A stretch of DNA of 64,000 nt from Pseudomonadota bacterium (GTDB taxonomy: Bacteria; Myxococcota_A; Polyangia; Polyangiales; JAKSBK01): assembly GCA_022361155.1 (NCBI GenBank), contig JAKSBK010000210.1, positions 2,364-66,363 on the forward strand, read 5' to 3'. Below, one piece after another: positions 28,767 to 37,113 of this stretch (position 1 is the first letter of the stretch; every line of letters starts with the position of its first letter). The translations under genes and the position numbers were made by a program. Under the pieces are notes generated by a model. The model was not told the origin of the DNA, made no database searches, and was given only the letters and a program-made list of their open reading frames with translations.

Positions 28767-29530
28767 CCGAACACGCCGTGCACGTACTCGAAGGTTCGGC
28801 GGTCAGCCGGTGTCCGGCCGAACACATCGTTCGTGGCCCCGACCTCCACCAGCTCGCCGTTCAGCAGGAATGCCGTTCTGTCGGCCAAACGCCGAGCTTG
28901 CTGCACGAGATTCGTCACCAGTATGATGGCCATTCGCTCGCGCAACTGCTTGAGCACGTCCTCGATTCGCATCGTGGTGACCGGATCGACGGCGATCGAA
29001 AACTCATCGAGACAAAGCACTTCGGGCTCGTGCGATAGCGCTCGCGCTATGGTGAGCCGTTGCTGCTGGCCGCCCGACAGCCGGGTTCCCAGGTCGTCGA
29101 GCCGGTCCTTGACCTCGTCCCACAACGCCGCCTGCTCGAGGCAGCGTTGCACGAGCCGGCCGATCTCGGTCCGGTCTCGAGGCCCGGCCATGCGGGGAGC
29201 AAAAGCAACATTGTCGAAAATCGACATGGGCAGTCCCACGGGTAGCGGCGCCACCATGCCGATACGACGCCGCAACATGGAGACGTTGCGCATCCTGTAG
29301 ACGTCTTCCCCGTCCAAGCGGACGGAGCCCTCCACCTTCACGTCCGCAATCCGCTCCAGGGTGCGATTGAGCACCTTCAGCAGGGTCGTCTTGCCGGACC
29401 CGGCGGGTCCTATGACGCCCAGGATCTCGTGAGCCCTCAGGTCGAGAGAGACCCTGTGCAAGGCCACCTTCGGGCCGTAGCTGACGCTGAGACCATCGAA
29501 CGCCACCTTGCTCACCACCTTGCTCACCAT
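28763..29530 (-). CDS. pstB: Phosphate ABC transporter ATPase PstB paralog 1 (canonical signature, degenerate Q- and H-loops)
   Basis: Walker A GPAGSGKTT and signature LSGGQQQRL. The Q-loop reads IGMVAPLP (no Gln) and the H-loop ILVTNLVQQA (His to Asn). Confidence 0.85.
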   Translation of the reverse strand: MVSKVVSKVAFDGLSVSYGPKVALHRVSLDLRAHEILGVIGPAGSGKTTLLKVLNRTLERIADVKVEGSVRLDGEDVYRMRNVSMLRRRIGMVAPLPVGLPMSIFDNVAFAPRMAGPRDRTEIGRLVQRCLEQAALWDEVKDRLDDLGTRLSGGQQQRLTIARALSHEPEVLCLDEFSIAVDPVTTMRIEDVLKQLRERMAIILVTNLVQQARRLADRTAFLLNGELVEVGATNDVFGRTPADRRTFEYVHGVFG

Positions 29531-30405
29531 TTTCTGCGGCTCCTGAGGTGGATTCGGAAGGCGATCGAGGCGGCGTTGACGGACAAGACGACGGCCAGCA
29601 GGGTCAGGGCGGTCGCGTAGGGAATGGCCTCGGGCACGTTCGGTACTTGGGTCGAGATCGTGAACAGGTGCATCGACAGCGCCATGCACTGGTCGTTGAC
29701 CGATTCAGGCAGCAGAGGCAGAAAGAAGGCGGCCCCGGTAAACATGATGGGGGCGGTTTCACCGGCGGCCCGCGAGACTTGGAGGATCACGCCGGTGAGG
29801 ATGCCGGCGATCGAGTTTGGGAGCACGACATGCCGGATGGTCTGCCAGCGAGACGCTCCCACGTTCCAACAGGCTTCCCGAAAGGCCATGGGGACGGCGG
29901 CAAGCGCTTCCTTGGTACTGGCGATGATGACGGGCAGCGTCATGATCGCCAGGGTCAGAGCCGCCGACAGAATGCTGGTCCCCAGGCCGAGAAAGAGCAC
30001 GAAGGCCCCCACCCCGAACAACGCGTGCACGATCGAGGGCACACCCGCGAGATTGATGATGGCAAGGTTGATGATCCGGGTGAACCAGTTATCGCGCGCG
30101 TATTCGTTCAGATACACTGCCGCCAGCACGCCGATGGGTGCGGCCACCAGCAGCGAGACGCCCACGAGCCATACGGTACCGACGATGGCTGGATAGATGC
30201 CGCCTGCCGTCATTCCGCGCATCGGCTCATCGAGAAGGAAGTCGAGGGTCATGGCGGGCGCCCCGCGAACGATCAGCAGTCCGATGATGCCCGTGAGAGG
30301 CAGGATGAGCACGAGGGTCATGCCGAAGAAAACGCCGTAGGCGACCTTCTCCGAGCGGTGCTTGCGCGCTCCTAGCTCAGTGGTGGCAAAGACCGACATG
30401 ATCAT
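29524..30405 (-). CDS. pstA: Phosphate ABC transporter permease PstA
   Basis: 6-TM MetI-like permease with an EAA-like loop (KEALAAVPMAFREACWNVGASRWQT). Position in the pst operon. Confidence 0.85.
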   Translation of the reverse strand: MIMSVFATTELGARKHRSEKVAYGVFFGMTLVLILPLTGIIGLLIVRGAPAMTLDFLLDEPMRGMTAGGIYPAIVGTVWLVGVSLLVAAPIGVLAAVYLNEYARDNWFTRIINLAIINLAGVPSIVHALFGVGAFVLFLGLGTSILSAALTLAIMTLPVIIASTKEALAAVPMAFREACWNVGASRWQTIRHVVLPNSIAGILTGVILQVSRAAGETAPIMFTGAAFFLPLLPESVNDQCMALSMHLFTISTQVPNVPEAIPYATALTLLAVVLSVNAASIAFRIHLRSRRKW

Positions 30406-30462
30406 GATCCTTCATGTAGCGGCGGCGACGACGTCAAGAACCTGAAATGACCTTTACTTCGG

Positions 30463-31485
30463 CTACCGCTGACGCACTCCGCGGACTGCGACATCCGCGA
30501 TCAGATTCACCATGAAGGTAAGCAGAAACAACAGCGTTCCCAGCACGAACAGGATCCGATAATGATCACTGCCCCTCGCCGTTTCACCGAGCTCGGCAGC
30601 TATGGTTGCGGTGATCGTGCGAACCGAATCGAGGGGACTCGTGGGGATGTTGACGGCGTGGCCCGTGGCCATGAGGACCGCCATCGTCTCGCCGATGGCC
30701 CTGCCCACGCCGAGCAGCACCGCGGCCAGCAGGCCGTTGCGCGCTGCGGGCAGCAGCACGCGCCAGGTTGTTTGCCAGCGTGTCGCTCCCATGGCCACGG
30801 CCGCCTCGCGGTACGTGTCGGGTACGGCCTTGAGCGCGTCCTCTCCGATCGAAACCATGATGGGCACGCTCATCAGCGCCAGCAGCAGCGCTCCGTTGAG
30901 GATATTGAGGCCGACGGGTGCGTCTAGCAGATCTATAATGATAGGATTGAGAATCATCAAGCCGATGAAACCCCAGACCACCGATGGGATCGCCGCCAGC
31001 AGCTCGACCACGACCTTGAGCGTCTCCTTGAGCCTGCCGGTGCAAAACTCCGAGACGTAGACCGCTGCGCCGAGCCCCAGCGGGATCGCCAGCAGCGTGG
31101 CCAGCAGCGTCACGCTGACCGTGCCGGCGATCAGCGCCAGCGCACCGTAGCGGGCGTTGACTTCGGAATCCGGATACCATGCGGGGCTGCCGACGAACTG
31201 GACGTAGTCAAGCCCACCGAAGAGCAGCGGAGCCGCCTCGCGGAACACGAAGTAGAAGATCCCGAACACGAAGATGACGGCGCTGACACCGCAGGCACGG
31301 ATCACCCACTCGATCAAGAGCTCGCTGGTGCGCCCGACACGCGCTCTGACGCTGCGGGACGGTTCGATCCGGCTACCTCGCGCATCCCCGGCGCCGCCGG
31401 CCGTGTGGTTGCTGCTCAAGATGGCCTCGTTGGGCTCCCATGGCGTCCAGATCGCTGCCCGGCCGTCCGAGACCTGTGGCCGCAT
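30463..31485 (-). CDS. pstC: Phosphate ABC transporter permease PstC
   Basis: Permease with EDALKAVPDTYREAAVAMGATRWQT. Operon context. Start uncertain. Confidence 0.85.
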   Translation of the reverse strand: MRPQVSDGRAAIWTPWEPNEAILSSNHTAGGAGDARGSRIEPSRSVRARVGRTSELLIEWVIRACGVSAVIFVFGIFYFVFREAAPLLFGGLDYVQFVGSPAWYPDSEVNARYGALALIAGTVSVTLLATLLAIPLGLGAAVYVSEFCTGRLKETLKVVVELLAAIPSVVWGFIGLMILNPIIIDLLDAPVGLNILNGALLLALMSVPIMVSIGEDALKAVPDTYREAAVAMGATRWQTTWRVLLPAARNGLLAAVLLGVGRAIGETMAVLMATGHAVNIPTSPLDSVRTITATIAAELGETARGSDHYRILFVLGTLLFLLTFMVNLIADVAVRGVRQR

Positions 31486-31537
31486 GCCTCCATAGGGGGG
31501 CGGGAGACTCCGAGCTGCAGGGTTGGGTCCACGCGCC

Positions 31538-32428
31538 TCAATGTTGTCTGAGCGTGGCCTTGGTGATCGGGGCGTAGCCCACGCTCTTGACGATCGCCTG
31601 AGCCGCCTGGGACTTCACCCAGCTCAGGTACTTGGCGATGGCACCCTTGGGCTCGCCCAACGTGTACATGTACAGCGCTCGCGCGATCGGGTAGCGCCCC
31701 GACATGGCCGTCTCCATGGTGGGCTCGACGCACGGCTTGCCCGCATCAACCTGCACGCACATGGCCTTGACCGCGCCGGTTTTGTACCCCATGCCGCTGT
31801 AACCGATCGCGCACGGCGTGTGCTGGACCAGATCCACGACGTCCTTGGAGCCTTGCATATCCCGCGAACCGAGCTTGAAGTCCTGGGTCTTGCCAAGCAC
31901 CCATGACCGGAAGAACGCATACGTTCCCGAGTTGTTCTGGCGACCCACCCGCACGATTTCCTGTCCGGCGCATCCAGGGACCTCGACCTTGAGGTCGGTC
32001 CACTTGGTGCAGGTGCCCTTCTCTCCGTAGATGCAGGCCAGCTGCTCTCGAGAGATGTGTGCCATGGGGTTGGATTTGTGTGCGTAGACCGCCAGGGCAT
32101 CGTAGGCGACGGTGTGCTCGACCGGGTCCTTGCCGGTGTTCTTCTTGGCCGCCTTTCGCTCCTTGTCCTTGATCCGACGGCTGGCGTTGGCGATGTCGAC
32201 CGTGCCGTTCATGAGCGCCGCGATCCCGGTCCCCGAACCGCCGCCGGTCACCGCGATCACCACGTTGGAATCCACCTTGCGGTATTCCTCCGCCCAGGCC
32301 TGCGCCAGGTTGACGATCGTATCCGACCCCTTGTTCTGGATCATCGCGCGTTCGCCCCGCCCGCTGCTGCATGCCAGCCCGCCGCTGCATGCCAAGAGCG
32401 CGGCCCCGAGTAAGACGACGTACCTCAT
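31538..32428 (-). CDS. pstS: Phosphate-binding protein PstS (lipoprotein)
   Basis: Signal peptide and lipobox LLACSGG. GSDTIVNLAQAWAEEY...VTGGGSGTGIAAL PBP motif. Confidence 0.85.
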   Translation of the reverse strand: MRYVVLLGAALLACSGGLACSSGRGERAMIQNKGSDTIVNLAQAWAEEYRKVDSNVVIAVTGGGSGTGIAALMNGTVDIANASRRIKDKERKAAKKNTGKDPVEHTVAYDALAVYAHKSNPMAHISREQLACIYGEKGTCTKWTDLKVEVPGCAGQEIVRVGRQNNSGTYAFFRSWVLGKTQDFKLGSRDMQGSKDVVDLVQHTPCAIGYSGMGYKTGAVKAMCVQVDAGKPCVEPTMETAMSGRYPIARALYMYTLGEPKGAIAKYLSWVKSQAAQAIVKSVGYAPITKATLRQH

Positions 32429-33543
32429 GCTTCTTCCTCTCTGCGGTCAGCGCCTATCAAAGCGTCGGTCAATTCCTTGATTCGCGAATCCAAGGATTCG
32501 AAGCATTCTTGATATGCCTTGTGCCGTTCTTCTGCGGAACCGGTTGCCAAGGACGGGTCCGCAATGTCCCAGTGAAGCTGAACCGCATCGTAGGCGACGG
32601 CCGGGCACGTGTCCTCGGCTTCCTTGCACAGGGTCACGATGACATTGAAGTCTTCGATCGGACCCAGCTTGGCGGTCGACTTGGAGCGTTGCCGCGAAAT
32701 GTCGAGTCCCCGCTCCAGCATGAAATCGACCGCTCCTCGATCGAGCGCGCCAGGATCGGTGCCGGCACTTGCGAAGATCAGGTGGCCCGGGGCGACGCTT
32801 CGGGCAATCGCCTCCGCCATTTGGCTTCTGCACGCATTGCGCCTGCAGAGAAACAGCACGCGCACGTCCTCGCGAGGCAGATGGCGCAACACCTCACCGC
32901 GTACAACATACACCGCCTCCTCCGCGATGTTGCAGGCTCGATCGGCCACCCGCTCGATGCGATTGATGAGCCCCACGAGCGCGAATCGCACCGGCAGATT
33001 GACATTCCCCTCCGCGGGCTCGGCCAGCGCCTCGAAGATCTGGGAGTTGAGCCGGTCGACCTGCTGATCGGCGTCGAGGGTTCGAGTCGCAGCCTCCGCG
33101 TCTCCCTGGAGAAACGCTTCTACCGCATCGTCCAACATCCCAAAAGACACCTTGGACATCTGCAGAATGTGCTCGCGCTGGGGAATGTTCCGGGCCTCCG
33201 ACGTGACGGCCACCCTCCTGGCGATAGCTTCCGCATAGTCACCGATCCGCTCCAGCTCCGAGTTGACCTTCGCGACAGCCACGGCAAAGCGCAGATGCGT
33301 CGACACGGGCATGTGGCGCACCAGGAACTCCTGGCACATCCGATCGATGTGGCGCTCCATGACGTCGATCCGGTGATCCCTGAGCACGACCCGGTAAGCG
33401 AGCTTGCGATCACCTTCCGAAAAAGCGCTGACGGCGTCCTTGAGCTGACTCACCACCAGCTTGGCCATGCTGCGGACCCGCTCGCGCAGCGCCGTGATGT
33501 CGCGCTCGAGCCGCTCCTCGAGGTGCAGTGCCGGGCTGTTCAT
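32425..33543 (-). CDS. phoU: PhoU domain fused to an ArsC/LMW-PTP-fold domain
   Basis: N-terminal about 215 aa carry duplicated PhoU helices (ELERIGDYAEAIA / NRIERVADRACNIAEEA). The C-terminus has VLFLCRRNACRSQMAEA (CX5R P-loop) and TLCKEAEDTCP (Cys-X6-Cys as in Trx-coupled ArsC). ATGA overlap with pstS. Confidence 0.75.
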   Translation of the reverse strand: MNSPALHLEERLERDITALRERVRSMAKLVVSQLKDAVSAFSEGDRKLAYRVVLRDHRIDVMERHIDRMCQEFLVRHMPVSTHLRFAVAVAKVNSELERIGDYAEAIARRVAVTSEARNIPQREHILQMSKVSFGMLDDAVEAFLQGDAEAATRTLDADQQVDRLNSQIFEALAEPAEGNVNLPVRFALVGLINRIERVADRACNIAEEAVYVVRGEVLRHLPREDVRVLFLCRRNACRSQMAEAIARSVAPGHLIFASAGTDPGALDRGAVDFMLERGLDISRQRSKSTAKLGPIEDFNVIVTLCKEAEDTCPAVAYDAVQLHWDIADPSLATGSAEERHKAYQECFESLDSRIKELTDALIGADRREEEA

Positions 33544-33556
33544 TTCGGGCTCGAGC

Positions 33557-34048
33557 CTAGTTGATGTCCGGGGATGCCACAACAGCGACGACCGTGCGGC
33601 GGCGTGTCGCGTGCGCCGCGGTTGAGCCGCGGCACCCGAGCGGGGAGGCCGGCCCAGGGCTGCCTCGGACGCAGCCGCGGGTTGGCCCTGGCAGCCGGGG
33701 GCTCCCGCAAGCCATGCCAATGGCCATTACGACGAAGGCGAACCCGACGTCTCGCGTTTCCTTCACGGCATTCCTGAAGCGGATGATGGGCAGCGCGCCC
33801 ACCAGCGAGAAGGCACGCGCCAGGTTGGAGCCTATGATCAACATGATAGGAGCCACGACCATGCCCAGAAGCACCAGGGTTTGAGTGTATGACTGCGAGT
33901 ACGAAATACCCTGGTGAGTGTAGCGATAGATCCATGCGATCATCGACGACAATACGTAGCTGAGCAGCAGCACGATGCCGACATCCGCCAGCGTGAAAGC
34001 GCTGGTGATATCCCTGAACCGCTCCATTTCCTTCAAAAGCTCGTCCAA
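33557..34048 (-). CDS. DUF4956-like membrane protein, apparently C-terminally truncated or divergent
   Basis: The first about 115 aa match the DUF4956 pattern (...GALPIIRFRNAVKETRDVGFAFVVMAIGMACG). The last 48 aa are Arg/Pro/Gly-rich and non-membrane. Confidence 0.5.
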   Translation of the reverse strand: MDELLKEMERFRDITSAFTLADVGIVLLLSYVLSSMIAWIYRYTHQGISYSQSYTQTLVLLGMVVAPIMLIIGSNLARAFSLVGALPIIRFRNAVKETRDVGFAFVVMAIGMACGSPRLPGPTRGCVRGSPGPASPLGCRGSTAAHATRRRTVVAVVASPDIN

Positions 34049-34323
34049 GTGTTCCTCCTACAACCGTATGGCCAGCTCCGAGCGTCGAGCGAGAGAATTC
34101 TGCAAGGTGGCAACGCCGGCGCAGTACTTGCTGATCCTACGCAGCTGACAGCCATGGCGAGTCAGCAGACGGCTCACCCACAGCGGCACGGCCTCGTTGG
34201 CTTTGAGGCCGCAGCCCCCCGGCCCGTCTGGCGCGACTCACTCGAAGAGGCCTATGTAGTGCCTTCACATCGCTACCACCCTAGCGCCCGCCGGCGGCGT
34301 TGGGACCTTCTCGAATGTGCCGT

Positions 34324-34398
34324 GCACCGCATCGACCTGCACCGCATCGACCTGAGCCGCATCGACCTGAGCCGCATCGACCTGAGCCGAATCGAAAC
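34324..34398. repeat. 15-bp tandem repeat x5 (g[ca][ag]ccgcatcgacct)
   Basis: Five head-to-tail units, the last degenerate, lying 124-198 bp upstream of the lipoprotein start at 34522. Confidence 0.9.
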
Positions 34399-34521
34399 GA
34401 AGCCGGGCAACTCGAATCGACTTTCAGGACCGTTGTTCTAGGCTGCGTGTATGCCGCAAACACGACAACTACCTGCCGGGCAAACGTCTTATTCGACCGA
34501 TGGCACCCCATAGTGCAACTC

Positions 34522-35763
34522 ATGAACCAGGTTGGGGTCAGGGTTGAGAGCTCGGTGCGCCGTCCGAGCGCTTGCGCTGCAGCACTGTGGTTGGCGTTCG
34601 GTGCGGGAGGGCTGAGCGCATGCGCGGGACCAGCACCCGAGCTCGCGCCGGACGCGGCCGCTGCAGGCTCTGGAGGCGACGGCGGGGCCAGCCCGGCCCC
34701 GCCCGAGCCCCCTCAACCGGGCCCCGACGCGGGCGGCAGGGAGGGCGGCATGACCTCGCAGGACGCTTCCCAGCCTGCGCTCGAAGCCAGCCTGGACGCC
34801 TCGGCGGATGCCGCCCACGACGCAGGCACGTTGGACGCCCAGGCTCCGCCCGCTCCACGCCCCAGCGACCTGAGGCCCCCGCTGCTGTCGGCGACGTTCA
34901 TCGACCTCAGCGGTGACTACGATCGGAGCACGCGCAGGCTCGCGGCATTGGATTGCAGCGAAACCGCCGCAGCCTCGGGCAAGCCTTGCGTAACAGTCTT
35001 CGGCCTGCCCGCGAGCTCGGAGGCAGGCCCAGCTGAGCTCGGCGCCATCGGGCTGAGGGCCCGAGCGGGGACTCCGGTGCTGGCCGCGATGGCAGGCGTG
35101 GTGGATGGTGTGAGGGCCCGGGGCGACAGGACAAGCAACCAGGTACGTTTCGCGCTGTCGCTCAGACGCGGTCCCGAGAGCGCGTTCTGGCTCGATTACG
35201 CAGGACTCGACAGGCTCGTGGTTGCGCAGGGCGCCCGAGTGCAGGCCGGCGACGTGCTGGGTTACGTGGCCTCGGATGGCGCAGCGCAGCCCGCACACGT
35301 CCGGGTCTCGTTGCGCAAACAGCTCGACCGGGTGCAGCGCCTGTGTCCGCTGCGCTACGCCACCGCGGCATTCAAGACCCGCCTTCAAGCCGCGCTGGCA
35401 GCCAGTCTCGAGGCCTACCCCTCCAGCACCGCGAGCGCGCTGTGCTCGGCGGGTTCGCTGCTCTGCACGCAGGGTGACTGCTCCCGTGCCGAGCACTTCG
35501 TCGCCCGGCTCGGCGACCTCGAGCAAGGCCTGACGATCTACCGCAGCGCCTGCGGCAGCTGTCACGGCGAGCAAGCTCAGGGCGGCATCGGCCCCGACCT
35601 GCTCGATTGCGCCAGCTGCTCGACCCCACTTCGGATGGCGCAGCGCACCCGCATCGACATGCCACCGGAAGGTCGCTGCAGCCTCCGCTGCTCCGAAGAC
35701 GTAGCGACCTTCATCTTCCACAGCTATACCGAGCCGTGGCGGGCCGCGCATCCACAGCAGTAA
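34522..35763 (+). CDS. Lipoprotein with degenerate M23/LytM-like domain and C-terminal cytochrome c domain
   Basis: Lipobox GAGGLSAC. GLRARAGTPVLAAMAGVVDGV is M23-like, but the catalytic His motifs are absent. C-terminal CGSCHGEQAQGGIGPDL...IDMPP is a class I heme c site. Confidence 0.6.
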   Translation: MNQVGVRVESSVRRPSACAAALWLAFGAGGLSACAGPAPELAPDAAAAGSGGDGGASPAPPEPPQPGPDAGGREGGMTSQDASQPALEASLDASADAAHDAGTLDAQAPPAPRPSDLRPPLLSATFIDLSGDYDRSTRRLAALDCSETAAASGKPCVTVFGLPASSEAGPAELGAIGLRARAGTPVLAAMAGVVDGVRARGDRTSNQVRFALSLRRGPESAFWLDYAGLDRLVVAQGARVQAGDVLGYVASDGAAQPAHVRVSLRKQLDRVQRLCPLRYATAAFKTRLQAALAASLEAYPSSTASALCSAGSLLCTQGDCSRAEHFVARLGDLEQGLTIYRSACGSCHGEQAQGGIGPDLLDCASCSTPLRMAQRTRIDMPPEGRCSLRCSEDVATFIFHSYTEPWRAAHPQQ

Positions 35764-35802
35764 CCGTTCAGGGGGTGACCACGCTTGCACGACGGCTTCC
35801 CA

Positions 35803-35906
35803 GGCGGTCTTCTGGGCGGCTTTCGTCCTCGGCCTCGCCCTGCGAAGTACGCGTAGTACTCCTCGGGCGATTCCTGCGGGCGCGCTCGCCCAGAAGACCG
35901 CCTAAA
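35803..35906. repeat. MITE-like palindromic interspersed element, copy C (about 100 bp)
   Basis: Inverted repeats ggcggtcttctgggcg (35803-35818) and cgcccagaagaccgcc (35887-35902), followed by TAA. Central hairpin agtac/gtact. Confidence 0.7.
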
Positions 35907-36065
35907 AACCCGACTGACAGGGGCCTGGACAGTTACCCACAGCAGGATGCGGGGACGGCGGCGCCCGACGCGATGTCGACGGCGGCCGATGCGGCAACTG
36001 CGCAGGACGCGGCCCCACCGGACGAGGGTTAGTTAGTTAAGTTTAGTGCCCATCCCGAAACGCCC

Positions 36066-36191
36066 GTTCCCGTTCAGAATGGATGCCAGAGCGAGCGCGC
36101 CCGCAGGAGCGGAGCGAAGGAATAGCAGCGCTATTTCAAGCTTCGGTCTGAGGACGAAAGCCGCTCTGGCGCCATTCTGAACGGGAACTAG
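36066..36191. repeat. MITE-like palindromic interspersed element, copy E (about 123 bp)
   Basis: Inverted repeats gttcccgttcagaatgg (36066-36082) and ccattctgaacgggaac (36172-36188), followed by TAG. Central hairpin aatagc/gctatt. Confidence 0.75.
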
Positions 36192-36252
36192 TTAGTCTAG
36201 GGCTTGTCGTGGCTGGCCTCGACCCGTTAGCCTGGGGGGCAAGGAGGAGACG

Positions 36253-36873
36253 ATGAAGCTCTATTCGAACCCCTTGTCGCCGAATTGCCGCAAGGTCCAC
36301 GCAACGCTTGCGCATGTGGGCCTCGAGGTCGAGCAACAGCTCGTGGATGTCATGAAAGGGGAGCAGCGAACTCCGGAGTTCCTCGCCATCAACCCGAACG
36401 GGAAGGTTCCGGCGCTGGTCGATGGCGCTTTCAACCTGTGGGAGTCCAACGTGATCGCCTGCTACCTCGCAGGCAAAGCCAACTCGGACCTATGGCCAGC
36501 CAATCAGGAAAGGTACTCGATTCTGCGCTGGCTGAACTGGGAAGCCGCCCACCTTTCGCAGGCCGTCGGCACCGTCATCGGCGAGAAGATCTTCAAGCCC
36601 TTACGGGGAGCCGAGCCCGACCCGAGCGTGGTCGAGCAGGGCACCGGCGATTTCCGCAAGTTGGCCACCGTACTTTCGGGCGTGCTCGAGTCGGGCGGGT
36701 TTCTGGCCGGTGCCTCGCCCACCGTGGCGGACTACAGCGTGGCGGTATGGTTCTCCTACGACGAGCCCTGCGGCCTACCCACGCGCGAGTACCGCCACGT
36801 GACACGCTGGCTCGATCAAGTACGCGGGCTTCCAGGTGGCCCAAGCCTGGCGGCCCCCCCGATCCCCAGCTAG
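36253..36873 (+). CDS. gst: Glutathione S-transferase
   Basis: AAGGAGGAG SD. MKLYSNPLSPNCRKV...FLAINPNGKVPALVDG thioredoxin-like N-domain plus a helical C-domain. Confidence 0.85.
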   Translation: MKLYSNPLSPNCRKVHATLAHVGLEVEQQLVDVMKGEQRTPEFLAINPNGKVPALVDGAFNLWESNVIACYLAGKANSDLWPANQERYSILRWLNWEAAHLSQAVGTVIGEKIFKPLRGAEPDPSVVEQGTGDFRKLATVLSGVLESGGFLAGASPTVADYSVAVWFSYDEPCGLPTREYRHVTRWLDQVRGLPGGPSLAAPPIPS

Positions 36874-36916
36874 TTGGCGCTCCAGGGAGCGTCCGGCAGG
36901 CGGTCGCGATCGGTCT

Positions 36917-37023
36917 GTGAAGACCCGTGCCCAGTCCGACGGCTGCTGCCTCTTCCGCGTGAGATCAACTACGCTCTCGATTCCGAGGTGAAGACCCGTG
37001 CCCAGTCCGACGGCTGCTGCCTC
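36917..37023. repeat. Perfect 36-bp direct repeat (two copies, 71-bp period)
   Basis: gtgaagacccgtgcccagtccgacggctgctgcctc at 36917-36952 and 36988-37023, in the gst-cdd intergenic region. Confidence 0.9.
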
Positions 37024-37113
37024 ACCAGCACGACGTGGGGCTGGAAATCGGGAGGCAATCGTGCTTAGTCTGCCGAAAGCTACCAGTTGGAGCAGCATGC
37101 CCCGAGCGCAGTG

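Noticed and set aside
34324-34398. The tandem repeat considered as a CRISPR array.
   Set aside because: The units are only 15 bp and directly abutting with no spacers, and there are no cas genes in the window.
34300-34521. N-terminal extension of the lipoprotein ORF, encoding (PHRPE)n from the 15-bp repeat.
   Set aside because: A good signal peptide and lipobox begin at ATG 34522, and the extension has no SD. It cannot be fully excluded without start-site mapping.
35903-36030. Roughly 40-aa Pro-rich ORF on the minus strand between repeat copies C and E, ending at the TTAG of copy C.
   Set aside because: It has only a weak GTG/TTG start, no SD, and low-complexity composition. It cannot be supported.
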